Shown: piece after piece, positions 55,950 through 64,000 of the stretch | Position numbering within the stretch: position 1 is the stretch's first letter | Layout of the letters: each line of letters begins with the position of its first letter | Assembly (NCBI GenBank): GCA_038885755.1 | Contig: JAVZZH010000002.1 | Span: 64,001-128,000, forward strand | DNA length: 64,000 bases | Reading direction: 5' to 3' | DNA from: Candidatus Caldarchaeum sp. | GTDB taxonomy: Archaea > Thermoproteota > Nitrososphaeria_A > Caldarchaeales > Caldarchaeaceae | The notes under the pieces: model-generated | The model's input: only the letters and a program-made list of their open reading frames with translations | Databases searched by the model: none | What the model was told of the DNA's origin: nothing | Program-made: the position numbers and the translations under genes

Positions 55950-57254
55950 TCACCGAGAGTCCTCGTTAAGCAGACGACCAGCCGCCGCAGCATGAGCCGT
56001 CAAACCCTCAGCCAACGCCAGCACAGCCGCATGCCTCCCCATCCTCCTCGCAGCACCCTTCTGAACACGCACCTCCACAACCAGCTTGACAAAGTCCAAC
56101 ACGCTCAACCCTCCACGCACACGAGCCTGCCCACCCGTCGGCAAGACATGATTCACGCCGACGACGTAATCACACAAAGCTGGCGAGGTAAATCTACCGG
56201 AGGATATCAAGCCGGCGTTGGTTGCGTGAGGAGCTATCCGCTCAGCCTTAGACGCTAGGAAAAGATGCTCGGGGGCAAGTTCTTGAATAAAGTCAACAAC
56301 CGTTTTAAGCCCGTCGCATAAAGCAATAAACCCGTTGCTCTCGAGAGACTGCTCAACCGTCTTGCCGCGCTCCAGCCGTGCAGCTATCAGCTTCAAATAC
56401 TTCAACACCTCATTAGCCAAGTCGTCGGAGGTAGTGATTAAACCGACCAACGTGTCGGCGCTGTGCTCAGCCTGCGCACACATATCCAGAGCTATGTCCT
56501 CAGCGTCCCTCACATCGTCGCCGAAAACAAGCAGCTCCGTCGGCCCCGCGAGCATGTCAACCGGAACATCAACACTAACAAGCTTCTTAGCAGCGGTGAC
56601 GTAAGGCCCGCCAGGCCCGACTATCTTAAACACAGGCCTAACCGTCTCGGTTCCGTACGCCATCGCAGCCACAGCATGCGGCCCTCCCATCGCATACACC
56701 TCGTCCGCTCCCGCCATGTATAGAGCTGCGAGGACCACGTCGTCCACAACACCCTCCTCACTCGGCGGAGTGCAGACAACCACTCTAGACACACCAGCCA
56801 CCTTGGCGGGCAGAACAGTCATCAACGCCGTGCTCGGATACCTAGCCAAGCCTCCGGGAACGTAGCAGCCCACTGCGGGCAGGGGAGCTGCACGCTGGAA
56901 AACCTTAACACCTTGGTCAACGGTTCGGGCAAAGCTCAGTCTCCCGAGCTGAGCCCTACAGAGCTTCGAGATGTTTTCAGCCGACTTCTTGAGAGCGTTC
57001 CTTGTCCGATGGTCCAGCTTGCTGTACGCCTTAGCCAAGCTAGTCTCAGCTATCCGTAAACCGTCCAAAGTTATTCTGGATGAGTCAAACCTGTTCACGT
57101 ACTCGATCAACGCCTTATCCCCCCTCACCTTGACATCCTCAACAATCCCCCTAACGTAGTCCACGTAGAAGTCCAGCGGCTTTCTCGACGAAACGACCTC
57201 ACCAACAACCTTCTGAACGTTCTGCCTGTCGACCCTGAAAAACCTCAAGCCCAA
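55950..57254 (-). CDS. hisD: Histidinol dehydrogenase
   Basis: YVPGG..YPST, GPG..YV..AK, DMLAGPTE, QAEH, APEH, NHVLPT, EGL.AH. Confidence 0.95.
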   Translation of the reverse strand: MGLRFFRVDRQNVQKVVGEVVSSRKPLDFYVDYVRGIVEDVKVRGDKALIEYVNRFDSSRITLDGLRIAETSLAKAYSKLDHRTRNALKKSAENISKLCRAQLGRLSFARTVDQGVKVFQRAAPLPAVGCYVPGGLARYPSTALMTVLPAKVAGVSRVVVCTPPSEEGVVDDVVLAALYMAGADEVYAMGGPHAVAAMAYGTETVRPVFKIVGPGGPYVTAAKKLVSVDVPVDMLAGPTELLVFGDDVRDAEDIALDMCAQAEHSADTLVGLITTSDDLANEVLKYLKLIAARLERGKTVEQSLESNGFIALCDGLKTVVDFIQELAPEHLFLASKAERIAPHATNAGLISSGRFTSPALCDYVVGVNHVLPTGGQARVRGGLSVLDFVKLVVEVRVQKGAARRMGRHAAVLALAEGLTAHAAAAGRLLNEDSR

Positions 57255-57271
57255 CTAACGACAAAAACCCA

Positions 57272-58258
57272 TCAATTAAACCCTGTCGACACAACCCGCA
57301 GGTCGTACACCTTCATCACAGACTTGGGCGAAACTTCCTTCACGACACGACCCCCCACAGGCCGAAGCTGGCTAAAACATTTCAAAACATATTCTAGAAC
57401 AGAGCCCGGGCTGGTTCGCTCCTCAACGACGTAGAGATGAACGACTGCGTTGGGTGCTGCTTTCTGAACAGCTGTCGGCAAGTATCTCACCGATGAATGT
57501 GGGAGGTTCATGATAATCCGGTTGAACTCCGTGTCCAGTTTGGGGATAACTTCCGCTGAATCTCCCTGAAAGGGCTTGACACGACCCACAGCCTTGTTCA
57601 GCTCGATGTTGATGCAAAGATACTTGAACGCGTCGGGATTTTTCTCCACGGCGTATACAGTCGCCGACGCATTCCTACGAGCTATGACTATGGAGAACGG
57701 CCCCACGCCTGCGAACATGTCTAACACCTTCTCATTCTCACCCACCTGAGAAGCAACCCTGATACGCTCCCCAGAAAGACGAGGGCTGAAAAAGGTCTTA
57801 GCCACATCGAGCCTGAATAAACACCCAGATTCACGGTGAGTAGTCTCGGTACACGGATCGCCCAACAACAGACGGTAAGACGCAACCCTTTCCTCGCCTG
57901 AAACCTCTCCAGTCTTCTGCAGAACGGTCCGCACACGTGGATGCCGCCGAACTATGTCCTTCGCAAGCTCAACAGCCTCATCATAAGGCATGTCCATGTC
58001 GTTCACCACAGCCACCCAGCCGACAACGTCGAACGCCGCCCTCAGAAAAGGTGTTTTTAAACGCCTGCTGACAGGCAGATCAGCCTCAACAACCTCCAAC
58101 CCATGTCCCGGCACAACACGCACAGGTATGAGTACCGTATCCCCCTCCCTCAAAATACTACGCGAACCGTCGAAAAGATTTTCCCTGACAAGCATACGCC
58201 GCACCTCTTCAGCCCTATTCTTCGGAACCCTAACCGCAAGCCTCTCCAACCCATCCAC
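57272..58258 (-). CDS. trm5: Trm5/Tyw2-family tRNA methyltransferase
   Basis: HRESGC.F.LD....FFSPRL..ER, DMFAGVGPF, EKNP, IIMNLP. Confidence 0.85.
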   Translation of the reverse strand: MDGLERLAVRVPKNRAEEVRRMLVRENLFDGSRSILREGDTVLIPVRVVPGHGLEVVEADLPVSRRLKTPFLRAAFDVVGWVAVVNDMDMPYDEAVELAKDIVRRHPRVRTVLQKTGEVSGEERVASYRLLLGDPCTETTHRESGCLFRLDVAKTFFSPRLSGERIRVASQVGENEKVLDMFAGVGPFSIVIARRNASATVYAVEKNPDAFKYLCINIELNKAVGRVKPFQGDSAEVIPKLDTEFNRIIMNLPHSSVRYLPTAVQKAAPNAVVHLYVVEERTSPGSVLEYVLKCFSQLRPVGGRVVKEVSPKSVMKVYDLRVVSTGFN

Positions 58259-58323
58259 ACCACGTCACCCCTGCTTAAGTGTTTACAAAAACATAAAAGA
58301 TAAGCCGCGCAAACACAAGAAGA

Positions 58324-60384
58324 ATGGCTAAAGACCCCGTGTGCGGAATGTACGTCGAGGAGTCGGAGGAAGCCCTCAAAGCAACCATCAGGGGCAGGGA
58401 GTACTTCTTCTGCTCCGAATCATGCTTAAAAACCTTTGTAGCGCCCGAAGCCGAGTTCCAGAAGCTCAAGCACCTAACACTGCTGAGCTTCAGCCTGGGA
58501 ATTCCAGCCCTCATGCTCACGTGGCTGCCAATCCTTCCAACCGCTCTGAACGACTACGTGCTGTTCGCCCTAACCACTCCCGTCCAGTTCATCGCAGGCA
58601 TGCGCTTCTACAAAGGCATGCTCCACGCCCTGAGGGCTGGAGCGGCTAACATGGACACGCTGATAGCAGTTGGCACATCAGCAGCATGGGGGTACAGCAC
58701 GCTTGTAGCCTTCTTCCCGCACAGCTTCCCACACGGCACTTACTTCGAGGTATCAGCCTTGATAATCGCCTTCATCCTCCTAGGTAGAGTTCTGGAACAC
58801 CGGGTCAGGCTGAGAGCCTCGGACGCCGTTAGAAAGCTGCTGGAGCTGAGGCCGTCGATGGCCAGAGTCTTGCGGAACGGGTCTGAGGTTTTGGTCCCCG
58901 TCGAAGATGTGCAAGTAGGCGATGTGATGGTCGTCCGTCCGGGTGAAAAAATACCAACCGACGGAGTGATACTCGAGGGACACGCATCGATTGACGAGAG
59001 AATGATCACCGGGGAAAGCACGCCTGTCGACAAGACTGTAGGCGAAGAAGTCATAGGCGGCACAATCAACAAAACAGGCTTCGTCAAAGTCAAAGCCACA
59101 CGCATAGGCTCCGACACAGTATTAGCCAAGATCATCGAGCTCGTCGAGAGAGCACAGGCCGGGCGAGCACCTGTCGAACGACTAGCCGACAAAGTATCAT
59201 CCTACTTCGTCCCCGCAGTAGTTGCAGTAGCCCTGCTCTCACTCGTAGCATGGACCTTGGTCAAGGGCACAGCCTTTCCAACAGGCTTCGTGGCCTTCGT
59301 CGCCGTGCTGATAGTCGCATGCCCCTGCGCCCTAGGGTTGGCAACCCCGGCAGCGCTGGTAGTCGGAGTCGGCAGAGGAGCTGAGAACGGCGTGTTGGTT
59401 AAAGGCGGAGAATACGTCGAGAAAGCAAGCAAAGTAGACACAGTGGTGTTCGACAAGACCGGAACCCTCACAGTTGGCGAGCCAGCCACGACCGACATAA
59501 TTCCCGTCAAAGAGGTCGGGGAGCTCGATGTCCTACGTTTCGCCGCAGCCGCAGAGAAAGGTTCTGAACACCCGCTGGGAAAAGCCGTTGTCGAGCACGC
59601 GTTGAAGAAAGGGTTAGAGATTCCCGAGCCCAAAGAGTTCACCTACCTGCCCGGAATAGGTGTCAAAGCAGTCGTCGAACAACACACGATAGCGGTTGGA
59701 AAAATTAAGATGCTCGAGCTCGCAGCAGCCAAAACAGACCGCGTCGAGAAAGTCGTAGAAGACCTCCAAAACCAAGGAAAGACAGCTATCGTCGTCGTCG
59801 TAGACGGCGAGGCCGTGGGGGTGCTGGGACTCGCAGACACGCTCAAGCCCAACGCAGAAGAAACAATCAAGAAGCTGAAGACCATGGGGCTGAAGATCAT
59901 GATGCTTACAGGAGACAACGAAAGAACAGCCAGAACAATAGCCAAGCAGGCAGGTATAGACGAAGTCGTAGCAGAGGTCCTGCCCGCGCAAAAAGCGGAA
60001 GCTATCAAGAAACTGATGGAGCAGGGACGTCGAGTGGCCATGGTCGGCGACGGAGTCAACGACGCACCAGCACTAGCAACAGCAGACATAGGAATAGCCC
60101 TAGGCAGCGGCACGGACGTAGCCGTAGAGTCAGCCGGCATAGTGTTGCTTAGCGACGACTTGAGGAAAGTAGCGACAGCCATAAGCCTCAGCAGGCACAC
60201 CATGCGAAAGATCAAGCAGAACCTTTTCTGGGCCTTCATCTACAACACCGTCTTAATACCCGTCGCAGCGATAGGAATCCTCAACCCCATACTAGCTGCC
60301 GCAGCCATGGCTCTCAGCTCGGTCTCGGTCCTAACCAACTCACTAAGCCTAAAAACAATCAAGCTCTGGCCCCAAAACACTTAA
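58324..60384 (+). CDS. copA: Cu(I)-exporting P1B-type ATPase with N-terminal YHS/TRASH domain
   Basis: DPVCGM..FCS..C, TGES, CPCALG, DKTGT, SEHP, GDGVNDAP, YN and MALSS. Confidence 0.95.
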   Translation: MAKDPVCGMYVEESEEALKATIRGREYFFCSESCLKTFVAPEAEFQKLKHLTLLSFSLGIPALMLTWLPILPTALNDYVLFALTTPVQFIAGMRFYKGMLHALRAGAANMDTLIAVGTSAAWGYSTLVAFFPHSFPHGTYFEVSALIIAFILLGRVLEHRVRLRASDAVRKLLELRPSMARVLRNGSEVLVPVEDVQVGDVMVVRPGEKIPTDGVILEGHASIDERMITGESTPVDKTVGEEVIGGTINKTGFVKVKATRIGSDTVLAKIIELVERAQAGRAPVERLADKVSSYFVPAVVAVALLSLVAWTLVKGTAFPTGFVAFVAVLIVACPCALGLATPAALVVGVGRGAENGVLVKGGEYVEKASKVDTVVFDKTGTLTVGEPATTDIIPVKEVGELDVLRFAAAAEKGSEHPLGKAVVEHALKKGLEIPEPKEFTYLPGIGVKAVVEQHTIAVGKIKMLELAAAKTDRVEKVVEDLQNQGKTAIVVVVDGEAVGVLGLADTLKPNAEETIKKLKTMGLKIMMLTGDNERTARTIAKQAGIDEVVAEVLPAQKAEAIKKLMEQGRRVAMVGDGVNDAPALATADIGIALGSGTDVAVESAGIVLLSDDLRKVATAISLSRHTMRKIKQNLFWAFIYNTVLIPVAAIGILNPILAAAAMALSSVSVLTNSLSLKTIKLWPQNT

Positions 60385-60420
60385 AAACACACAACACCAA
60401 CATGATGACAGAGCAAAAAC

Positions 60421-61551
60421 ATGGCAGTCCGCTTAAAAAAGACCCTCTTCAAACTACTCAAGGAAGATTACGAGTTCCGCTACGCGTTAGCAGGCTTCCT
60501 CGGAATGGATGAGGTGCTGAAACGGCTTGACCGACATGAAGCCGAGCTAGTAAAGCTGAGAGAAGACATGATAGCGGGGTTCAGAAGACACGATGAGGAG
60601 CTGGCGGCACTAAGAGCAGAAACCAACAAGCTTAGAGAAGACATGATAGCATGGTTCAGAAGACACGACGAAGAGCTTGCAGCGCTCAGAGCTGAAACTA
60701 ACAAGCTTAGAGAAGACATGATGATGGGGTTCAGGAGGCATGATGAAGAGCTGACTGCGCTAAGAGCAGAAACTAACAAACTTAGAGAGGATATGATGAT
60801 GGGGTTCAAAAGACACGACGAGGAGCTGGCTGCGCTAAGAGCTGAAACCAACAAGCTGCGAGAGGACATGATAGCGGGGTTCAGAAGACATGATGAGGAG
60901 CTGGCGGCACTCAGAGCAGAAACTAATAAGCTGAGAGAGGACATGATGATGGGGTTCAAGAGACACGATGAAGAGCTTGCAGCGCTCAGAGCAGAAACTA
61001 ACAAGCTAAGAGAAGACATGATGATGGGGTTCAGGAGGCATGATGAAGAGCTGACTGCGCTGAGAGCAGAAACTAACAAGCTCAGAGAGGATATGATGAT
61101 GGGGTTCAAGAGGCATGATGAGGAGCTTGTTCGGCTCCGTATGGACATGAACAGGGGATTTGAGTTGGTGAACCGTCGCTTGGATGCGCTGGGCGCTCGG
61201 TGGGGTGTTATGGCTGAGTCGGCTTTCCGTGAGGGGTTGAAGGGTGTTTTGGAGAAGGAAATAGGGCTGTCTGTCGAAAGGTGGACTGCTTTTGACGAGG
61301 AGGGGGTTGTGTATGGTTTTCCCAGCCCTGTAGAGATAGACTTGGCTGTTAGGGATGGGAAGACGGTTTTGGTTGAGGTTAAGTCTAGTGTTAGGTTGTC
61401 GGATGTCAGCGAGTTCAGCAGGAAGGTGGAGTTTTTCAGCGCTAAGACGGGGAGGAGGCCGGACAGGAAGGTGATGGTCGCGCCTTATGTCGATGAGGAG
61501 GCGTTGAAGGCGGCTGGAAAGCTGGGCATAGAGGTTTACACGAAGGTCTGA
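60421..61551 (+). CDS. Coiled-coil repeat protein with C-terminal PD-(D/E)XK domain (DUF3782-like)
   Basis: LGARWG..AESAFREG, EIDL......LVEVKS. Confidence 0.85.
   Translation: MAVRLKKTLFKLLKEDYEFRYALAGFLGMDEVLKRLDRHEAELVKLREDMIAGFRRHDEELAALRAETNKLREDMIAWFRRHDEELAALRAETNKLREDMMMGFRRHDEELTALRAETNKLREDMMMGFKRHDEELAALRAETNKLREDMIAGFRRHDEELAALRAETNKLREDMMMGFKRHDEELAALRAETNKLREDMMMGFRRHDEELTALRAETNKLREDMMMGFKRHDEELVRLRMDMNRGFELVNRRLDALGARWGVMAESAFREGLKGVLEKEIGLSVERWTAFDEEGVVYGFPSPVEIDLAVRDGKTVLVEVKSSVRLSDVSEFSRKVEFFSAKTGRRPDRKVMVAPYVDEEALKAAGKLGIEVYTKV
60553..61128 (+). repeat. Intragenic 75-bp tandem repeat: 7 full units plus flanking partial units
   Basis: Unit encodes GF(R/K)RHDEEL(A/T)ALRAETNKLREDM(IA/MM). 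Confidence 0.95.
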
Positions 61552-61646
61552 GCCGTTGCGTTAGTTTCTGCGGACCGTGGTTCCCGGTGTTTATAAGGAC
61601 CGAGCCGGCGAAAGAGTAAATAGCAGTAAAAAGCTGTTTTTAGAGC

Positions 61647-62699
61647 ATGAAGACGTACAGCGTCGCCATACTTGGAGCGACCGGGATGGTCGGCCAGCAT
61701 TATATCAAGCTGCTTAACAACCATCCTTGGTTTAGGGTTAGGGCTCTGACGGGGAAGGAATCGGTTGGTAAGAAGTATGTTGAGGCGGTGCGTGGTGAAG
61801 CGCCTGAGCCTCCGAAGGATATTGCCGAGATGGAGGTTCTGCCCACGGACCCTAAGCACGTCGACGCCGATGTCGTCTTCTCATGCCTTCCGACCGAGGC
61901 TGCTAGGGAGGCTGAGCCGAGTTTCGCTGAGGCTGGATTCCCAGTTTTCAGCGATGCTGCGGCGTTCAGGATGGAGGAGGATGTCCCGTTGATAGTTCCC
62001 GAGATAAACCCGGAGCATTTGCGGATGGTTGAGGTGCAGAGGAAGAACCGTGGCTGGGACGGGTATATAGTTACGACACCTAACTGCACGACTGTGGGGC
62101 TTGTTCTACCGCTTCACCCGTTGAGCCGGGAGCTTGGAGTAAAGCGAGTCATAGCTACTACGATGCAGGCTGTCTCTGGGGCAGGGTATCCGGGTGTTGC
62201 TTCCCTGTCCATTCTTGGCAACGTGATTCCATACATTTCAGGGGAGGAGAGGAAGGTTGAGACCGAGACGTGTAAGATACTTGGGAGGTTTGTCGACGGC
62301 CGGATAGTTCACGAATATGTGGATGTTCTAGCAACTTGCACACGTGTTCCTACCTTGGACGGCCATATGGAGTCTGTTGTGGTCGAGACCGAGAAGCAGA
62401 CGGATAAGGAGACGGTTGCCCGTCTTCTCTCCGAATACGTCTCGCTGCCTCAGGAGCTTGGCCTGCCTACAGCTCCACGACGGCCCATAATCGTAAGGCC
62501 TGAGGAGGACAGGCCTCAGACGAGGATAGATGTTGACGCTGGGTCTGTTCCCGGTATGAGCGTGACTGTTGGCAGGCTTAGGGTTGTCGGAAACAAGGTT
62601 CGGCTTGTCTCTCTCAGCCATAACTTGATACGTGGTGCGGCTGGTGGCACGATTCTCACGGCTGAGCTTGCGAAGCATTTTGGCCTGCTGGATGGTTGA
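61647..62699 (+). CDS. asd: Aspartate-semialdehyde dehydrogenase
   Basis: GATGMVGQ, PNCTT, QAVSGAG, RVP..DGH, HNLIRGAAG. Confidence 0.95.
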   Translation: MKTYSVAILGATGMVGQHYIKLLNNHPWFRVRALTGKESVGKKYVEAVRGEAPEPPKDIAEMEVLPTDPKHVDADVVFSCLPTEAAREAEPSFAEAGFPVFSDAAAFRMEEDVPLIVPEINPEHLRMVEVQRKNRGWDGYIVTTPNCTTVGLVLPLHPLSRELGVKRVIATTMQAVSGAGYPGVASLSILGNVIPYISGEERKVETETCKILGRFVDGRIVHEYVDVLATCTRVPTLDGHMESVVVETEKQTDKETVARLLSEYVSLPQELGLPTAPRRPIIVRPEEDRPQTRIDVDAGSVPGMSVTVGRLRVVGNKVRLVSLSHNLIRGAAGGTILTAELAKHFGLLDG

Positions 62700-62702
62700 C
62701 TG

Positions 62703-63494
62703 GTGATGGTCTTCGGTAAACATGTAAGGATTAGCAGGCTGTTGGAGAACGGGCGTATGCTCTGCGTCCCCATGGACCACGGCACTTCCATAGGCCCTGT
62801 TCAAGGCCTCGAGCAGATCGAGAACACTATGTATCTTTTGGAGGAGGCGGGGGTGACGGCTCTGCTCGCCCACAAAGGAGTCTTCCGGTCTTTGAAGAGA
62901 CCGTTGAAGGTGGGGTCTATAATGCACATGTCGGCTAGCACGCAGCTCAGCAGCCGGTACAACAGGAAGGTCGGTGTGGCCTCTGTTGAGGAAGCCATAC
63001 GTCTCGGTGTTGACGCTGTCTCTGTCCACATTAATATCGGCGGTTCTGACGACGATGTTATGCTACAGCATCTGGGGGAGGCGGCTGATGCTTGCGACGA
63101 GTGGCAGGTTCCGCTTATAGCCATGATGTATCCTCGCGGTGAGAACATCAAGGACGCCAGCGACCCTTTCACCGTGAGCCACGTGGCTAGGGTTGGGGCG
63201 GAGCTTGGAGCGGACATAGTTAAGACTCCTCTGCCATCCTCGAACCCGAGGGATGTTGAGCGTGTGGTAAGGAGTTGCCCTGTTCCAGTTGTCGCAGCAG
63301 GCGGGCCTAAGATGGAGAGGGATGAGGATGTTCTGCGGCTTGCTTATGCTGCTGTGAAGGGCGGCTGCCTCGGCATAACGTTTGGCAGGAATGTCTTCCA
63401 GCACAGCTCTCCCGCGACCATGGTTAGGGCGCTTAGACGTGTGGTTATAGACGGTCTCACGGTTGAAGAAGCTCTGGCGGTTTTAAAGACATGA
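62703..63494 (+). CDS. aroA': 2-amino-3,7-dideoxy-D-threo-hept-6-ulosonate synthase (DhnA-type aldolase)
   Basis: PMDHG, HKG, H.SAST, MMYPRG, ELGADIVKT, AGGPK; lies between asd and aroB'. Confidence 0.85.
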   Translation: MMVFGKHVRISRLLENGRMLCVPMDHGTSIGPVQGLEQIENTMYLLEEAGVTALLAHKGVFRSLKRPLKVGSIMHMSASTQLSSRYNRKVGVASVEEAIRLGVDAVSVHINIGGSDDDVMLQHLGEAADACDEWQVPLIAMMYPRGENIKDASDPFTVSHVARVGAELGADIVKTPLPSSNPRDVERVVRSCPVPVVAAGGPKMERDEDVLRLAYAAVKGGCLGITFGRNVFQHSSPATMVRALRRVVIDGLTVEEALAVLKT

Positions 63495-64000
63495 AGAAAG
63501 CCGTTGTGAACGTCTCGGGAGACGAGGAGCTTTTCAGGAAAGCGGTTAAGATGGGGTTCGACTCGTTTGTGCTGGACAAGCCCGTCGACACACCGCCGTC
63601 CATAACGGTTTACGTGCCAGACCCCGAGGGGTACAGTAGGCTTGGACAGAATCCAGCGAAGGTTCCTCGGGTGTTCATCAAATCTCCTCAGGATCTTGAG
63701 AAGGTTGTGCAGCTTGCCAGAAGCGGAGCTGACGAGGTGGTCATAGCCACCTCTGACTGGAAGATAATACCGGTTGAGAACCTCATAGCTATGATGTCTG
63801 GCCTGAGGTGCAGTATCTTGGCCGAGGTGGGCGGGGTTTCGGAGGCCGAGCTCTTTATCAACATTCTCGAAAGAGGCGTTGACGGGGTCGTCGTGAGGCC
63901 CGGCACGGAGAACGAGGTTAAGATGCTGCGCGACCTGGTAAGGAAACCAAGCAGCCTCGACCTGACGACCGCTGTGGTTGAGGAGGTTAGGGATGTCGGG
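63491..64000 (+). CDS. aroB': 3-dehydroquinate synthase II, N-terminal part (truncated by the window edge)
   Basis: ATG overlaps the aroA' stop; DWKIIPVENLIA and LERGVDGVV motifs. Confidence 0.85.
   Translation, partial: MKKAVVNVSGDEELFRKAVKMGFDSFVLDKPVDTPPSITVYVPDPEGYSRLGQNPAKVPRVFIKSPQDLEKVVQLARSGADEVVIATSDWKIIPVENLIAMMSGLRCSILAEVGGVSEAELFINILERGVDGVVVRPGTENEVKMLRDLVRKPSSLDLTTAVVEEVRDVG

Noticed and set aside
60480-61148. Regular repeats resembling a CRISPR array, and an antisense 222-aa ORF
   Set aside because: There are no unique spacers; it is an in-frame coding tandem repeat, and the antisense ORF is its shadow

Overview
Archaeal chromosomal window, most likely from a thermophilic TACK archaeon that has PolD, i.e. 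Caldarchaeales/'Aigarchaeota'-like. This is inferred from DP2, Alba, Sec61beta, DUF2070, aroA'/aroB' and Thr-rich Tat substrates. The main feature is a ~36 kb accessory block (~3.3-39.7 kb) that appears to encode a complete upper anaerobic aromatic-degradation route. It contains a Liv-type ABC transporter, an AOR-family tungstoenzyme, phenylacetate-CoA ligase, PadBCD, a three-gene phenylglyoxylate oxidoreductase, class I ATP-dependent benzoyl-CoA reductase (bcrBADC), Dch/Had/Oah, a CoA transferase, three regulators and a Mo/W-cofactor module. Seven promoters in the block share a 12-bp palindromic motif 11 nt upstream of a TATA-like box. The block is bracketed by a ~35-bp repeat that occurs three times, and it contains tRNA-Ala next to a decayed LAGLIDADG gene. 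The right third is mostly housekeeping genes plus tRNA-iMet, several pseudogene relics and a 75-bp tandem-repeat nuclease gene. All functional calls come from motif recognition by eye; no database search was run.
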